Virus record (IMG/VR): IMGVR_UViG_3300009593_000015
Coordinates: 14,251-78,250 of that record
Length of the DNA stretch: 64,000 bases
Direction: 5' to 3' (one strand)
Source of the DNA: a virus
Within the stretch, counting starts at the first letter, position 1, and each line of letters opens with the position of its first letter. The notes under the pieces are model-generated. The model was not told where the DNA came from and made no database searches. It was given only the letters and a program-made list of their open reading frames with translations. Both the position numbers and the translations under genes were made by a program. Positions 9,601-21,400 of this stretch are shown here, piece after piece.

Positions 9601-10264
9601 AAACAATTATTTTACAAAAGTTCATGAAGATGCCATAGTAAAATATGCGTCTTCATCTAGTCGTCAAGAAAAATCAGAATTATACATGAAACTTATTCAA
9701 CCGGCCTTTGATGAGATGGTTAATAAAATAATTTTTACTTATAAATTCAACAATCTTCCGAATATAGATTATCTTAGGGATGATTGTAAGATATGGTTGA
9801 CAACTATTCTCGATAAATATGACCCAAATAAGGGATCAAAGGCATTCTCATATTTTTCAGTGGTGACAAAAAACTGGTTTATTCACAAAGTGAAGAAAAA
9901 TTCTAAACAACTGAGAAGAGAATCCTCTTATGAGGAAATAGTTTCACGAGGAGGATCCGACTCACTGGGGACATCATCCAATATCGCCGATTACGCATCG
10001 CAACGCGAAGAAATGGAATTTTGGTCTTCTCTCTTGGAACAAATTGAAAAATGGGATACAGGAAATTTAAAGACAAACGAGAAAGCAGTTTTACAGGCTG
10101 TTAAGGTTTTGTTAACAAATGTTGATGATATTGAAATTTTTAACAAAAAGGCAGTATACCTTTATTTGAGAGAACTCACTGGCTTAAATACAAAGCAGGT
10201 TGTAAACAATTTGAACAAATTGAGAGAAAAATATAGAATATTTAAAACAAAATGGGACAGGTAA
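9569..10264 (+). CDS. phage sigma-like factor for late transcription (T4 gp55-like)
   Basis: NYFT..HEDAI..Y and YDPNKGSKAFSYFSVVTKNWFI resemble sigma region 2 and gp55; lies just upstream of the structural genes; GTG start with AGGAG. Confidence 0.65.
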   Translation: MIKKKRKKRTKNNYFTKVHEDAIVKYASSSSRQEKSELYMKLIQPAFDEMVNKIIFTYKFNNLPNIDYLRDDCKIWLTTILDKYDPNKGSKAFSYFSVVTKNWFIHKVKKNSKQLRRESSYEEIVSRGGSDSLGTSSNIADYASQREEMEFWSSLLEQIEKWDTGNLKTNEKAVLQAVKVLLTNVDDIEIFNKKAVYLYLRELTGLNTKQVVNNLNKLREKYRIFKTKWDR

Positions 10265-10291
10265 TAATTTTTTATTATTTCTAATTAATGT

Positions 10292-10606
10292 ATGACAAAA
10301 AACACAAAATCTTTAGAGAAATTTATTGAAAGGGCTACAAAAAACGTGACCGATGACCGTGCTGCAACTCAAACTTTGCTTATGAGTTTGATGAAATATA
10401 TGCAGTCCGGCGATGACCGACATAGAGAGTTCGGCCTAATTGCGGCCAAATACCTTGAAACGCTCCAAAGATCAAACGAGCAGCTTGTAAAAATAGCAGC
10501 CTTAGTCCAAAAAGAGGCTAAATCAACTGAAGGGATTACCGAACAGGACAAGAATGATCTGTTTGACTTAATAAATTCAAAAGGACAAAAAACGGATAAA
10601 CAATGA
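10292..10606 (+). CDS. hypothetical phage protein
   Basis: 104-aa helical ORF directly after a late-promoter-like motif. Confidence 0.6.
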   Translation: MTKNTKSLEKFIERATKNVTDDRAATQTLLMSLMKYMQSGDDRHREFGLIAAKYLETLQRSNEQLVKIAALVQKEAKSTEGITEQDKNDLFDLINSKGQKTDKQ

Positions 10607-11280
10607 GTCAAGAAGATAAAGATAATAGATCATTAGGGATCCAAAACCAAACATCAAATCCAGCACCAGAATCGACATTAATAAGCCCCAGAGGCTTGGT
10701 GAGTCCGGTTGAAAAAGTCATTTCGGCTATAAAAGAGGTCAGACAATCACAAGCAATAAACTCAAAAGCCGCAGAAACTATGATAGGAGTAGTCCTAATG
10801 ACTAGTCCCCCCCTCTCTCTTTCGGTTGATTCTTTCGCTGCAATCTACCCTAAAAATACTAGTTTTTTTAAAAGTGTCGTACAGAAAGATGGCAAAGCAA
10901 TAAATCCTAAAAAGGATGCATCTGTGATTAGAGCCTACTGTTATATACCAGAAATATCTGGCTCCCTGCCGTTTCCAGATTTGAAAAAGCTGCACCAATT
11001 CTTATCGCTGTGGAATGAGTCAGACATTCCAAAAGATTCTGGCAAGCATGAAGAATATTATGTAAATAGGGAAAAAAGTATAATAAAGATGTACCCGGAT
11101 TTATATAAAGAATTTAAGAAGGTGGTGATGCACCCTATCTTCTACAAATATGTAGAAAGGCCAATTACTATCAGTCCACTTCAGTTTGTGTCGTTAAGTT
11201 TTACAAAAGATTTTGATACTTATCACACCGGAGTAATTGGGGAAGTATACGGAGACTTCTTAAGAGTATCCCAAGAATAA
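10603..11280 (+). CDS. hypothetical protein, possible baseplate hub/spike N-terminal part
   Basis: ORF context; VIRAYCYIPE loosely resembles the gp5/gpV OB-fold strand. Confidence 0.35.
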   Translation: MSQEDKDNRSLGIQNQTSNPAPESTLISPRGLVSPVEKVISAIKEVRQSQAINSKAAETMIGVVLMTSPPLSLSVDSFAAIYPKNTSFFKSVVQKDGKAINPKKDASVIRAYCYIPEISGSLPFPDLKKLHQFLSLWNESDIPKDSGKHEEYYVNREKSIIKMYPDLYKEFKKVVMHPIFYKYVERPITISPLQFVSLSFTKDFDTYHTGVIGEVYGDFLRVSQE

Positions 11281-11311
11281 CACAGCGCACACACAATATA
11301 AGGAGAAAAAA

Positions 11312-12397
11312 GTGTCACAAGGACAAGATAAATCAAAAAACAGGAATCATATACCATGGCCCAATTCTCTAAATACGGGAAGAGGTAACACGCCACTTGA
11401 AGAGCCTGTCCCTAAATATTTGTCTCGTAAGGGAGATGGAATCATATTGCCGCCTGTTGACAACAACGCGGCCATAATACTTGGGAGAGACAGAAATCCT
11501 TTCGGTCCACCACGCTCTCGGGTTCCACATGGATCTGAAGAGGATCCAAATAATCCAAAAGCATCACGAAGCGAAGTTTCAGGTTTCTCAGACCACATGG
11601 GCGCCGGAGCGATTGATATCGTCGTTGGCCGCGGCGCCCCATTCGCGCTCGAAATGTTACAACACGATATGTTTCCTCAGGGATTACCACCTCTTTACAC
11701 CACGCGCAAACCAGACGAAATCGGCGCAAAGAAATTGACATCCGGCAACCACCCGGGGCACATTATGGATGCTGCAAGAATTTATATGTCTCAAATGTGT
11801 CAAATAGATGATTACTTTAAAATAAAAAAAGTAAAAACAGAATTTGAAAAAGGTAAAACAACCACATCAATAAAAGAAGACAAGGGCCCTTGCAGCGCTA
11901 TTATGTTAAAGGCTGATAAGTTGCGAATGCATTCAAGAAGAGATGTCTATATTATTGCCGGCGGAGATCCTTTAACAACTAGGGATTCAAATAATAACGA
12001 AATAACAGAATCAGGTAAGATACATCTAGTATCTACAAACGCGAAAATAAAAGAAAAAAGAGGCGCCTCGCCGGCAGTGAGATACAATGAGTTGAAGAGT
12101 TGCTTAAAGGAAATAACAAAGAGCTTGCAAGACTCACTAGAAGTGTTAAATACATTCATTTTTTGGCAAATGAAAGTTAACGCGGCCTGTGCCAACGCAG
12201 TTTATGGAACAGGTGTAGGTATGACGACATCTAATCCTATTTCTCAGGCAGTTGAGAAAATATCAACGATTGCAAATACAAAAGATTTACTACAAATACA
12301 CGCTATGAAAACATATAATATACCAAAAATCGAATTAAACTATTTAACAGATGGGGGAGAAAAATGTATGGCTAGCAGAAATGTTACGCTAAACTAA
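11312..12397 (+). CDS. putative baseplate central spike (gp5/gpV-like beta-rich) protein
   Basis: short beta-strand segments (AIILGRDR, AIDIVVGR, ARIYMSQ, AIMLKADKLRM) upstream of gp25/gp6; GTG start with AGGAG. Confidence 0.4.
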   Translation: MSQGQDKSKNRNHIPWPNSLNTGRGNTPLEEPVPKYLSRKGDGIILPPVDNNAAIILGRDRNPFGPPRSRVPHGSEEDPNNPKASRSEVSGFSDHMGAGAIDIVVGRGAPFALEMLQHDMFPQGLPPLYTTRKPDEIGAKKLTSGNHPGHIMDAARIYMSQMCQIDDYFKIKKVKTEFEKGKTTTSIKEDKGPCSAIMLKADKLRMHSRRDVYIIAGGDPLTTRDSNNNEITESGKIHLVSTNAKIKEKRGASPAVRYNELKSCLKEITKSLQDSLEVLNTFIFWQMKVNAACANAVYGTGVGMTTSNPISQAVEKISTIANTKDLLQIHAMKTYNIPKIELNYLTDGGEKCMASRNVTLN

Positions 12398-12409
12398 GAA
12401 AAAAACAAG

Positions 12410-15400
12410 ATGTCAGATATAGAACAAGTTTACAAATTAGAAATTAGAGACACTGATCAAGATAGTATAACTTTTACCCCAAGAATTTTTGGAGAAGTTG
12501 GTAAAGATATAGTCGCTATTAAGTTATCGTTAGGTACTCTTGTTGATATTGCTGGGGTCATCAGTCAGGGCCCCAACGCGTCTTCAGATCGCACTCAACC
12601 CTTGGACCCAAATGGGTGGTTTGATTGTACAACTGGGCAGCAAGTGTCAATTGAGCAGGCTGCAACTTTTGATTCTAAGATGCAAACTGCATTAACTAAT
12701 TTTCAATTGAAAAATCAGTTCTTAATTATCTCTTACCTGTTCAGTAAATATGCGGTACCTGGGATTGTAAATTCAGTAGGAGAGAATTATAATTCTAATT
12801 CAGAGCAGGATCAGGCGAGATACTTGGCAACGGCGTTATCCCAGCTTGAGTCGGTCGATCTATTATTTGAATCTGAAATAGGAAATTTGGGAGAAGCCAC
12901 AATTGCAGTTATGCACGGTTGGGTACCGCATACTAGCGCCGCCAATACAAATTATTACCACACAGGAGCGCTGCTGGATAGCCTCAATACCGACGCATCA
13001 ACGATTGTTGATATTGTTCCTTATGAAATTCTTCGTCTCCTTGCAGAAGGTCACATGGGTCAAACCATTGAGGACTTGCAAAACGCCGGCCTCATAAGGG
13101 AGTTCTCACACGAACCTCTATCGTATTCAAGTCGGTACCTTGAGGATTATCTTAAATCTGTCCCTGAGGCATCAAGGTGGCTCGGTTCTGATGGTATACC
13201 AAACTTCGAATATGGTTATGTAATATATAACACAATCAACGATCAGGAGAATAGTAGCCTTTATAATTCAACCATAATAACAATAAAAAACTACAAAGGA
13301 AAAAGTCTTGACGAAAGAGTCGTGTCGCAAGAGGAGAAATTAGGGAGACTAAGAAGGGTTTTTTACCCAGATCCATTTTCAACGGAAGATCCATTTTATA
13401 TAAGCCAGAATATAACTGGGCTCTATTTCGAAACAGATTTCATATTAGATTCCCAAGGTCCATTGCCAACAATGGAGGAAGAGGTGATAAAACAAATAGA
13501 GGAATCCGCTTTAGATCACATGTTAACTTTGACAAATAAGCCTCGTTTGTGGTTTTTGTCCACTGGTGATGATTCAACAATGAAGATATGGTTTGGAGAA
13601 GACGAAAAAATCATGCCATCACATAACGGGCAGTTTCCTGAATTTTCCAACCGGAGCTCCGACCAGATAAAAAGACAAATTCCTAAATTTTCAGAAATAT
13701 GGGAAAAAATAGAAGACATAAAAAAAGATTTAAACCTACTTCCAGAGACAGCTTTCGGTGCTGCTAATGACTACATCCAAGCACGACGAGAAGTGCTTTT
13801 AAATAATTTAGAATCTCTAGAAAACGATTTCGCACAAGAGCCGACACTAGAAGAAAAAAAACAAAGCTTTATTGTTTTAGGTACACAGGAATCAATTTTT
13901 GAAAATACCTCACCTGAATCAGAAGGTCTAGACCCTCCAATTGCTGCGAACTGGAGAATTCTCGAAGGCTTCGGATCAGAACCACCTCTTGTAAGATTCA
14001 TAGAATACAAGACGCCAACTTTACGTCCAGGTCAAAGATACCGAGCTATGTTAGAATTCAGCACTCGAAAATTAGATTCTATTGTTTCGGGGGTATTGCC
14101 AGTAGCAGAACAGCCAGAAGAACCAGGCCCGCCCGATGCAGATGGTGAAGACCTTTGTATTACGGGCAACACAGACGAAACCCTGAGAACTCTAGAAGAA
14201 TATAGAGTCCACGCTAGAAAAAAGAGAAGAGAAGTAGTAAGACAACTTAGGGAAGAATTCAAACAAGAGCCAGCTCTCCGAGGGTCTAACAACATTACTC
14301 GTGGGCAAATTGGTCCCTTCGATTTAAACCGAGCCCTAAACCAATTAATGGGATTTGACATTAATGGAGCATCAGACTATGAATATACGAAAGGGGTATT
14401 ATCTCGACTCGGCGACGTCGGCGCAGCGGCCATGGAAAAACTAGGCATGCTCGATACCGATATAGATTATTTTAACAGTATTGCAAATGATACGAACAAA
14501 GAATTAGCGAAAAAAGATGCTAAAGGAAAGCCTCAAAAAAACGTAATAAGAATAACCCTAGAAGAATTAGAAGAAAGAACTAACACAATAGTAAAAGATT
14601 TACAGGAGTCTAGTGAGATCGTTTCATCGGAAGGTATTGCTTTTAAAAAGGGTAGTTCGTTCAACGCATCAAAAGAATCTGGATTAGTAAAACAGTTTTA
14701 CACGCAGATGAAGGACCTAGTTCTCAACGCTGCAGCTGAGCGTTATGGTGCCGGCGTCGCGCACGCCATGTCTGTGAACCCTGATAAAGCGCTCGTGATG
14801 TTAGAGTTCCAAACGACCACTTCTAAGGGTCCAAATCCGCACATGGGCCCTGATTTTGGAAAGAAAATTATATCCTTTGGAATTGCACTACCGGAAAAAT
14901 TTAAAATAAAAGGAAAACTATGGCCCTACGCATATAGACCATCGGACAAGGTCCCCGGTGGAGCAATTATGCCAAATTTTCTCAAAAAAGGATCCGCAAC
15001 ACCAGAAAAAATAAAGCTTTATCGTGGTAAAATTAAAAACTCAAAATCACTCGGGCGCGCCCGAACAGTTAATTATATTAGTAATATATACGAAATGACA
15101 GGCCTGTTAACAGATAAGCCAAATGAGATAATATCAGTTTTTGATGATGGCAGGGGAAGTTGTAAAGATTTGGGGATTAATTTAGATAAAAAATTAGCCT
15201 CTTCTTATGTGGCTAACTTCACAACAGGAGTGCAAGTTGAACACCCACCTGGCGCCCCAAGTGGTTTTTCTTGGAAAAAGTTTGGAAAAGACAATTTTGT
15301 AGATCCTGCTAAAGACTGGGCAAAGACCAGCGCCAAAAACTGGGAAAATTCTTGGAATGATACATTCGATGAACAAGAGGCTCTACAGATGCTTGGAGAT

Positions 15401-18400
15401 ATGTGTACTTTAGAAGATTTGTATAGAGAATTTTTCGATAAACTTGACTTAGTGTCGCTTCTTTGTGACTGGCTGAAATGTATCAGGTTACCTAATTTTA
15501 ATTTAAAGCTTCCTAGTTTTTACCTACCTCCACTTCCAAGTATTCCAATACTGGGTTTGTATGGTGCCATGATTAAATTTTTTATGGAAAATTTAAAACA
15601 AATATTGATTAGAATAATCTGTACATTTGTCAGGACGATCATTGATAAGCTTGCTATACCATTTTGTGAGGAACAGCTGCGAGAATTCATGGCTGCCGGC
15701 TCGCTTAGTGGGTCTCCAATAATGGATGAGGCTCTAGCTGAAGCGCTCTTGAATACTGGCGTGCCAAAAGAAAAAACAGAACAAGCAAAGACATTTTTTG
15801 ATGACGTAGCTAGTATAACAACTGGGCAAGAATTGTGCCACCTTTTGACTGGAAAATCACTAGACGCCGCGACCATGAAAATGATACAAAGACTGTTGGA
15901 GAAAAACGACCTTCAAAATGATCTGGACACTCAAGAATCGCTGATGAATTATTTTGACCTTCTCGGAACTTTCCTTCCAGATGGTTTGTGTGAGGAGTTG
16001 CAAAATTCAACATCACTGCCGGTACCCAAGGATTGTTTAGAAATATCCGGATACCTGCACAGTATCAGAAATCGACTTCAAACTGGTGACGGCTCGCTAA
16101 GCGACGAAGAAATAGAAGAAGTGCTCCAAATGGCGAAGGAAGAGATGAACAATCGAAAAGCCGACTTGGAGGCACTTTCTGGAAACAACATTGGAAGCTT
16201 GCTTCCTGAAACTTATGCTCCTGGTAACCCAGATGCTATCATCTCGTCTTATCCTGACTTCTTAAAAGAGCGTATCGATCAAACTGCAAAAGACTCTTTT
16301 ACTGCGGCAAGAATGGATTATATTAATGCAATGGATAGTTATATTCCATCCCTCTCTATTGCAGCACCAGCGACTCCGCGCGCCGGTACGGACCGCTATA
16401 ATGATATTCAAAATTTAGAATTCGAAGCAGCAACAGCACAACTTGCTCTCTATAGTCAGGGAGTACACTCTAGTAGAGTATTCGCCCAAAGAAACACTTT
16501 ATCAAAACTGGGCCTCCCACCAGAAACAACAGCAGAAGAATTAGAGGAAATAAGAGACAAAGGTCTTATACTTCACGATTTGGCTAAATCTTTAAAATCT
16601 TGGATAACAAGAAGTCAAAACATCTCTTCTGCGTACTCGCGAGAAAACGGGGGCCCCTCTCTAGGGTATATACGCGGATCCTTGACCCGGTCTCATCGAT
16701 CCAATTTTGTCCCGGCCATGGGCCCAGACTTTCATCAACATATAGAATTCTTGGACAAAATCTTGTTAACGAGTACTGACGGTACCCGTGATGGAAACAC
16801 GATGTACACTCATGACGTCGGTAGTAGACAAGACCCAAACCCGTTCTTTGGAGATGAAAATGAAGAAATAAGAGAGAAGATAACTAATCTTGTAAATGCC
16901 TTAAGGGTACAATTCAATTCCGGCGCAGCCGCCGATCTGTACGGCGCGGGATGGGGATCATCTGCCTTGGAATGGCTAGATTTCCGCTTTAACCTCCATA
17001 GCGGCGACGCCGCACTCTTTGCGCATCAAGGGTCGGGTATTCCCGACCCTCTCGGTCAACCAGGCGCTTGGTCTCAGTTAGGAATAGAACCTTTTGATCT
17101 TACCCTCGAACAGCTTTCTTTTATTTATGTTTTAACTACGCCCAAATCTGATCCGACTTATTATTCTCAAGGCACCCGGACGGAACTTGGAAGGCACATG
17201 GAGAACACATTCGAAAACCTTTTTTATATTGAGAAAGGTTACGTGGGGGGTATTCTCGGCGAGTTCGATCCCTTCGACGAGCTTATAACTAGGTTCGCAG
17301 CCATTGAAACACTCAAAGTAGAGCTTGGTGAGAAATTATATTACGCAAATTGGAAAAACGAACACACCGGTTCAAGATATTCTGACCGAAACTCCACCGC
17401 AGTGGTCGACCGAGAGCCCGGTTGGCTTGGTCAATTTAAATGGACTGACGATGGTACCAATTGGTGGAACCCCTTCCTCGAAAACATGAGACAGTATAGG
17501 TCCATTAATCTAGAGGATACTATTGAAGTAATGAGAATGCTTTTGAAAGAGTATATAAGTAAAACAGGGTATTTTCCTGATGAAGTTGTGGACTTAGGGA
17601 AAGATATTTCATACGAAGACTTTCTCACTGAAATGCGCAATCAATGGGGTTCAACTTACTCTGCCAATTCCAATATCCTGGACCAATATTGCTGGGGCGC
17701 CGACGGTTTCTCGAAAAACACTCTTGCCGGCAAGCCGGATAAACTTTGGACAAGCGCCTGGGCAGTTTATGACAAGTTTCGAGGTAGATATTTCGATGGC
17801 GACGACAGACGCGCCCGGAATAAAGCCGATAAGCTCTGGCTCTGGAATCCAAATATCGATAGTGAAGATGGAAACTACACGGAAGAGCAGTTCGTGGACA
17901 ACTGGATCGGCGCCGCGCTGAAAACAGAAGAAATGGGTATTGAGTGGAATCATGAGTTAAGGTCTCTTAAAGTCTTGGATGCTATAATACACCTCACTGA
18001 TCCGATTCGAGATCCTTATTCTGCCGCAATACGATCTATGGATGAAATCGGCGGGGTGTCTTGGTATAATACTTTATTGCTTTTTTCTGTATTTGAGACA
18101 GAATCTGTACCTTTTGATGATGACCGTGATAAAACTCACAAAGTCTTTAAAAGAGCAAAATTACCAAACAGAAGAAGAGAAGACCAAAGAGAGGAATGGA
18201 ACCCCTACAAACCTTTTGTAAGTTACTACAGAAGGATCCCTTCAGAAGGGACAGTACACGATTATGTTCAAGGTGATAGATCCTTTCAGTATGTTTCTGT
18301 TGGTTCGTTAGATGTGCCGACGTTCATCCAAAAGGGGGCAGTATATGATAATGTTTTTAATAAAATCATAGATACGGATCCCTACCCTATAGAAACTTCC

Positions 18401-21400
18401 TATGCGCCGTACAGAGTGTTTCACGAATCTTTCAATGACCCGCTTGATAAATCTGAATACGCCATGATTGTACCAGCTTTTGTCTCAAGCGCTGAATTGA
18501 CGTCAGACTTTATGGTGGAAAAGTTTATAACAGAGTTATCTACAACATCCGCCGCGCGCATCTCCGCTGCGTACGACGCGTCGATAACCACCGTTGGCGA
18601 AGTCGTGGATTTTTTCTCCGGTGGCCAGGTAAGAGACCAAATTAACAGGCGTAAACGCGCCGCGATACGTAGGAGCAACGCCCGGATCAGGAGTCAACAA
18701 GAGAATCTCAGAGATACTATAGAAGCTCAGCAAGCCTTTGCTGTCGTCGCAATTGATCAAACCGAGGCTTTCCTACGCGCCAAATACCTTCGAGATTATC
18801 CGAGTAATCACCCCGAACGACTGGCTAGGGATGGAAAATGGACTGGTTCGGATAACACATCAACGCATGCTGTGGAAATTTTTGAGAATCTACAGATAAT
18901 CATCGAGAGGAATGCAACCTTGAATCCAGACGAGGATTACCTTGGAGATTTATTAATTAATGTCATGGGCGCCCTGAGTGACATCATTAGAAATGAACCA
19001 CATAGGGCTTATGGGGCTCTTAGGACCATGGCCTCCGGAGAGGCCGGCCTTTACAAGGTTATGGACCCTGTAATTGACGAAGATGAAATGGTTCCGATAT
19101 TTCCAATTAGTATGCAAGATGCATCCATAGAACCCACAAAATGGATGCAACATTCATACAATACCTTAAGCGCAATGGCGCTTGCCGTTCACGGAGGGGT
19201 CCCAGACTTCTTTGAACACGAGGTCAATCAGCCACTCCGCGATGCAGAAAAAGAGGTTTTGACCAATGAAGAATTGATGGCCAGATTCGTAGATTGGAGA
19301 TTGCAAGGAAAAACCGCGGCAAAAACAATAAGTCAAATATGCACCAGCCTCTCAAACAGTGTTAATAATCCAAATTTAATAAAATTCACCACAGATAGAG
19401 TGAAATACCTTTCAGATATTGTGACAAGGGGAATAGAATATCGTCCCAACTTTGTAACAGAAAGACACCTTCTGATGTTGGACAAGGTTCTCAGAGATAC
19501 ACCTGTTTTCAGCGCAGATAGAAATAAGATCAATCTGGGAGTTCAATTTGGTCAATATCAACCTCAAGTTTCTATGGAGGAAATCCCTGCAGAAAAACAA
19601 TTTGATAGGTATACTGTAACGGTAAAAAGTGATTTTCACTTGAGGATGTCAAACCAAAACATTCAACCAAAAAGTTTTCAAATGTGTGAGTTTCTCCCGC
19701 CAAGCCTTATAAATAATAATGGAACAGATAGAGGAGAAGGTCGCGAGCATCCCTGGGATCCTTCTTCTGTAAGATATTTTTCGAAAAGAGAAGCCTTCTC
19801 TGAATTGGGCGCTGCAGCCCTGCGCTCAGCTGGAGTAAATGGCAATATCAGCCATATAAAAGATCTGCTATATGAGGATGCATACATAAATATTCGAGAC
19901 TCTATTTTTTCTAGTTTCTCATCGATGATATCTGAATCTAAACTTTTCGACCTAGAATATGCACAAAACATAGACGCACGACTCTCCGCGGATCCGATAT
20001 ATCAAGAAGAGTGTGTCAAGAACAGGTATGGTCTAGTTGAGTCAGCTGTGCTTTCATATAATAAGACAATCATTAATACTGCCTATGACGAAATAATGAA
20101 AGAGATGTCCGATCCTAAAAACTCACCTTTTAACAGGGATTTCGACGACCCACATCCACTAGAACTAGCCCTCCAATCAATATCTTTAAAAGCTTTCGTT
20201 AGAATTTGTCTTATAGACACTCTTTTCAAAGGAGGTTTAGCCTATTCAATATGGGACATAGAACCGATAGTTTCAGAACAAATATTCAAAGATTATGTTT
20301 ATGAACACGTTTTTAGAGAACTTACATCGTCACGATTCTTCGCATCAAAGTGGAAGCAAATAATTGAAAGAACGGTTGGAATAACAAACCCAACAGCCGC
20401 GCTGAAAAAACTATTAGAATTGGAAATGGTTAAACTTCCAGACTATTCCAAGCAGGTTTTCAACTTTTCCGCAGAAGATAAAGAAAAAGATTATTACAAT
20501 TGGATAACATCTCATTCAGAAACTATACCGTTTAAAAAATTATATTTTACAGCCAACATTAATTATGATAATACTTCATGGCGAATTGCCAACCTTCCGG
20601 AAAGTAATACGGCCCGGGCATTTGCCGAAAGCTTAGGCGAAGACGTTGACTTTATGAGCATACATCTATCGGAGCTACCTCCTGGTGACGGTCTCATCGT
20701 AGAAAATTATATACGACTTTCTGGTGAAATCGTAGAAAAAGCCAATGACATTTGGAAAAAGATGTTTTCTCAAATAGGAGATGACCCCGGAGCGCGCCAC
20801 CAGATATACGAAGTCTGCAAGGAGCGCCGCACCCGCGAAGGCGGCAGAACTGGTACCAGTCACGTCGATCCCCAATTCGCGAATGATAGGGGCCTGTTAC
20901 CAACAGGCGCCTTGTTAGATTGGTGCAACGACACCCACTTGCGGTCCGTCGGCTTCGGGCCCGCTAATCTCTCCACCCGGGTTGATGTGCCAGAAACTTA
21001 CCAAATAAGAGAAGGTGACTCTTTAGTGGTGTCTCCTTATGATTTTGATATGTATTTGGCTTTCTTATGTTATTGTTTGACTAGGCCCGAATTTGAAAAT
21101 TTGATAAATAATTCAACTATTCACCATGGCTCAAGAATTTCGGTAACAACAAGGAATCAGCAAATAGTAGATCAGTTAACTCTGGCTCCAGACATTAGAA
21201 GAAAAAGTTTTTTGGAGAAATCTTTTCTTTTTGTCGTGCGATCCAGCGGAGCCGACGATGAAGATCGCGCCATTGAACTACCAGAATGGCAAATTGCCAA
21301 GCTACCTTTGGCAAATTATGAACACGAGCTAAGATTAGAAGATTGTGGATATCCATCTGGAAACTTATTTGCTGATGAACAAATATTATCCATTGAATTT

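Noticed and set aside
14156-14185. CITGNT in the giant protein resembles an intein N-terminal block
   Set aside because: No downstream His-Asn-(C/S/T) terminus or LAGLIDADG motifs seen
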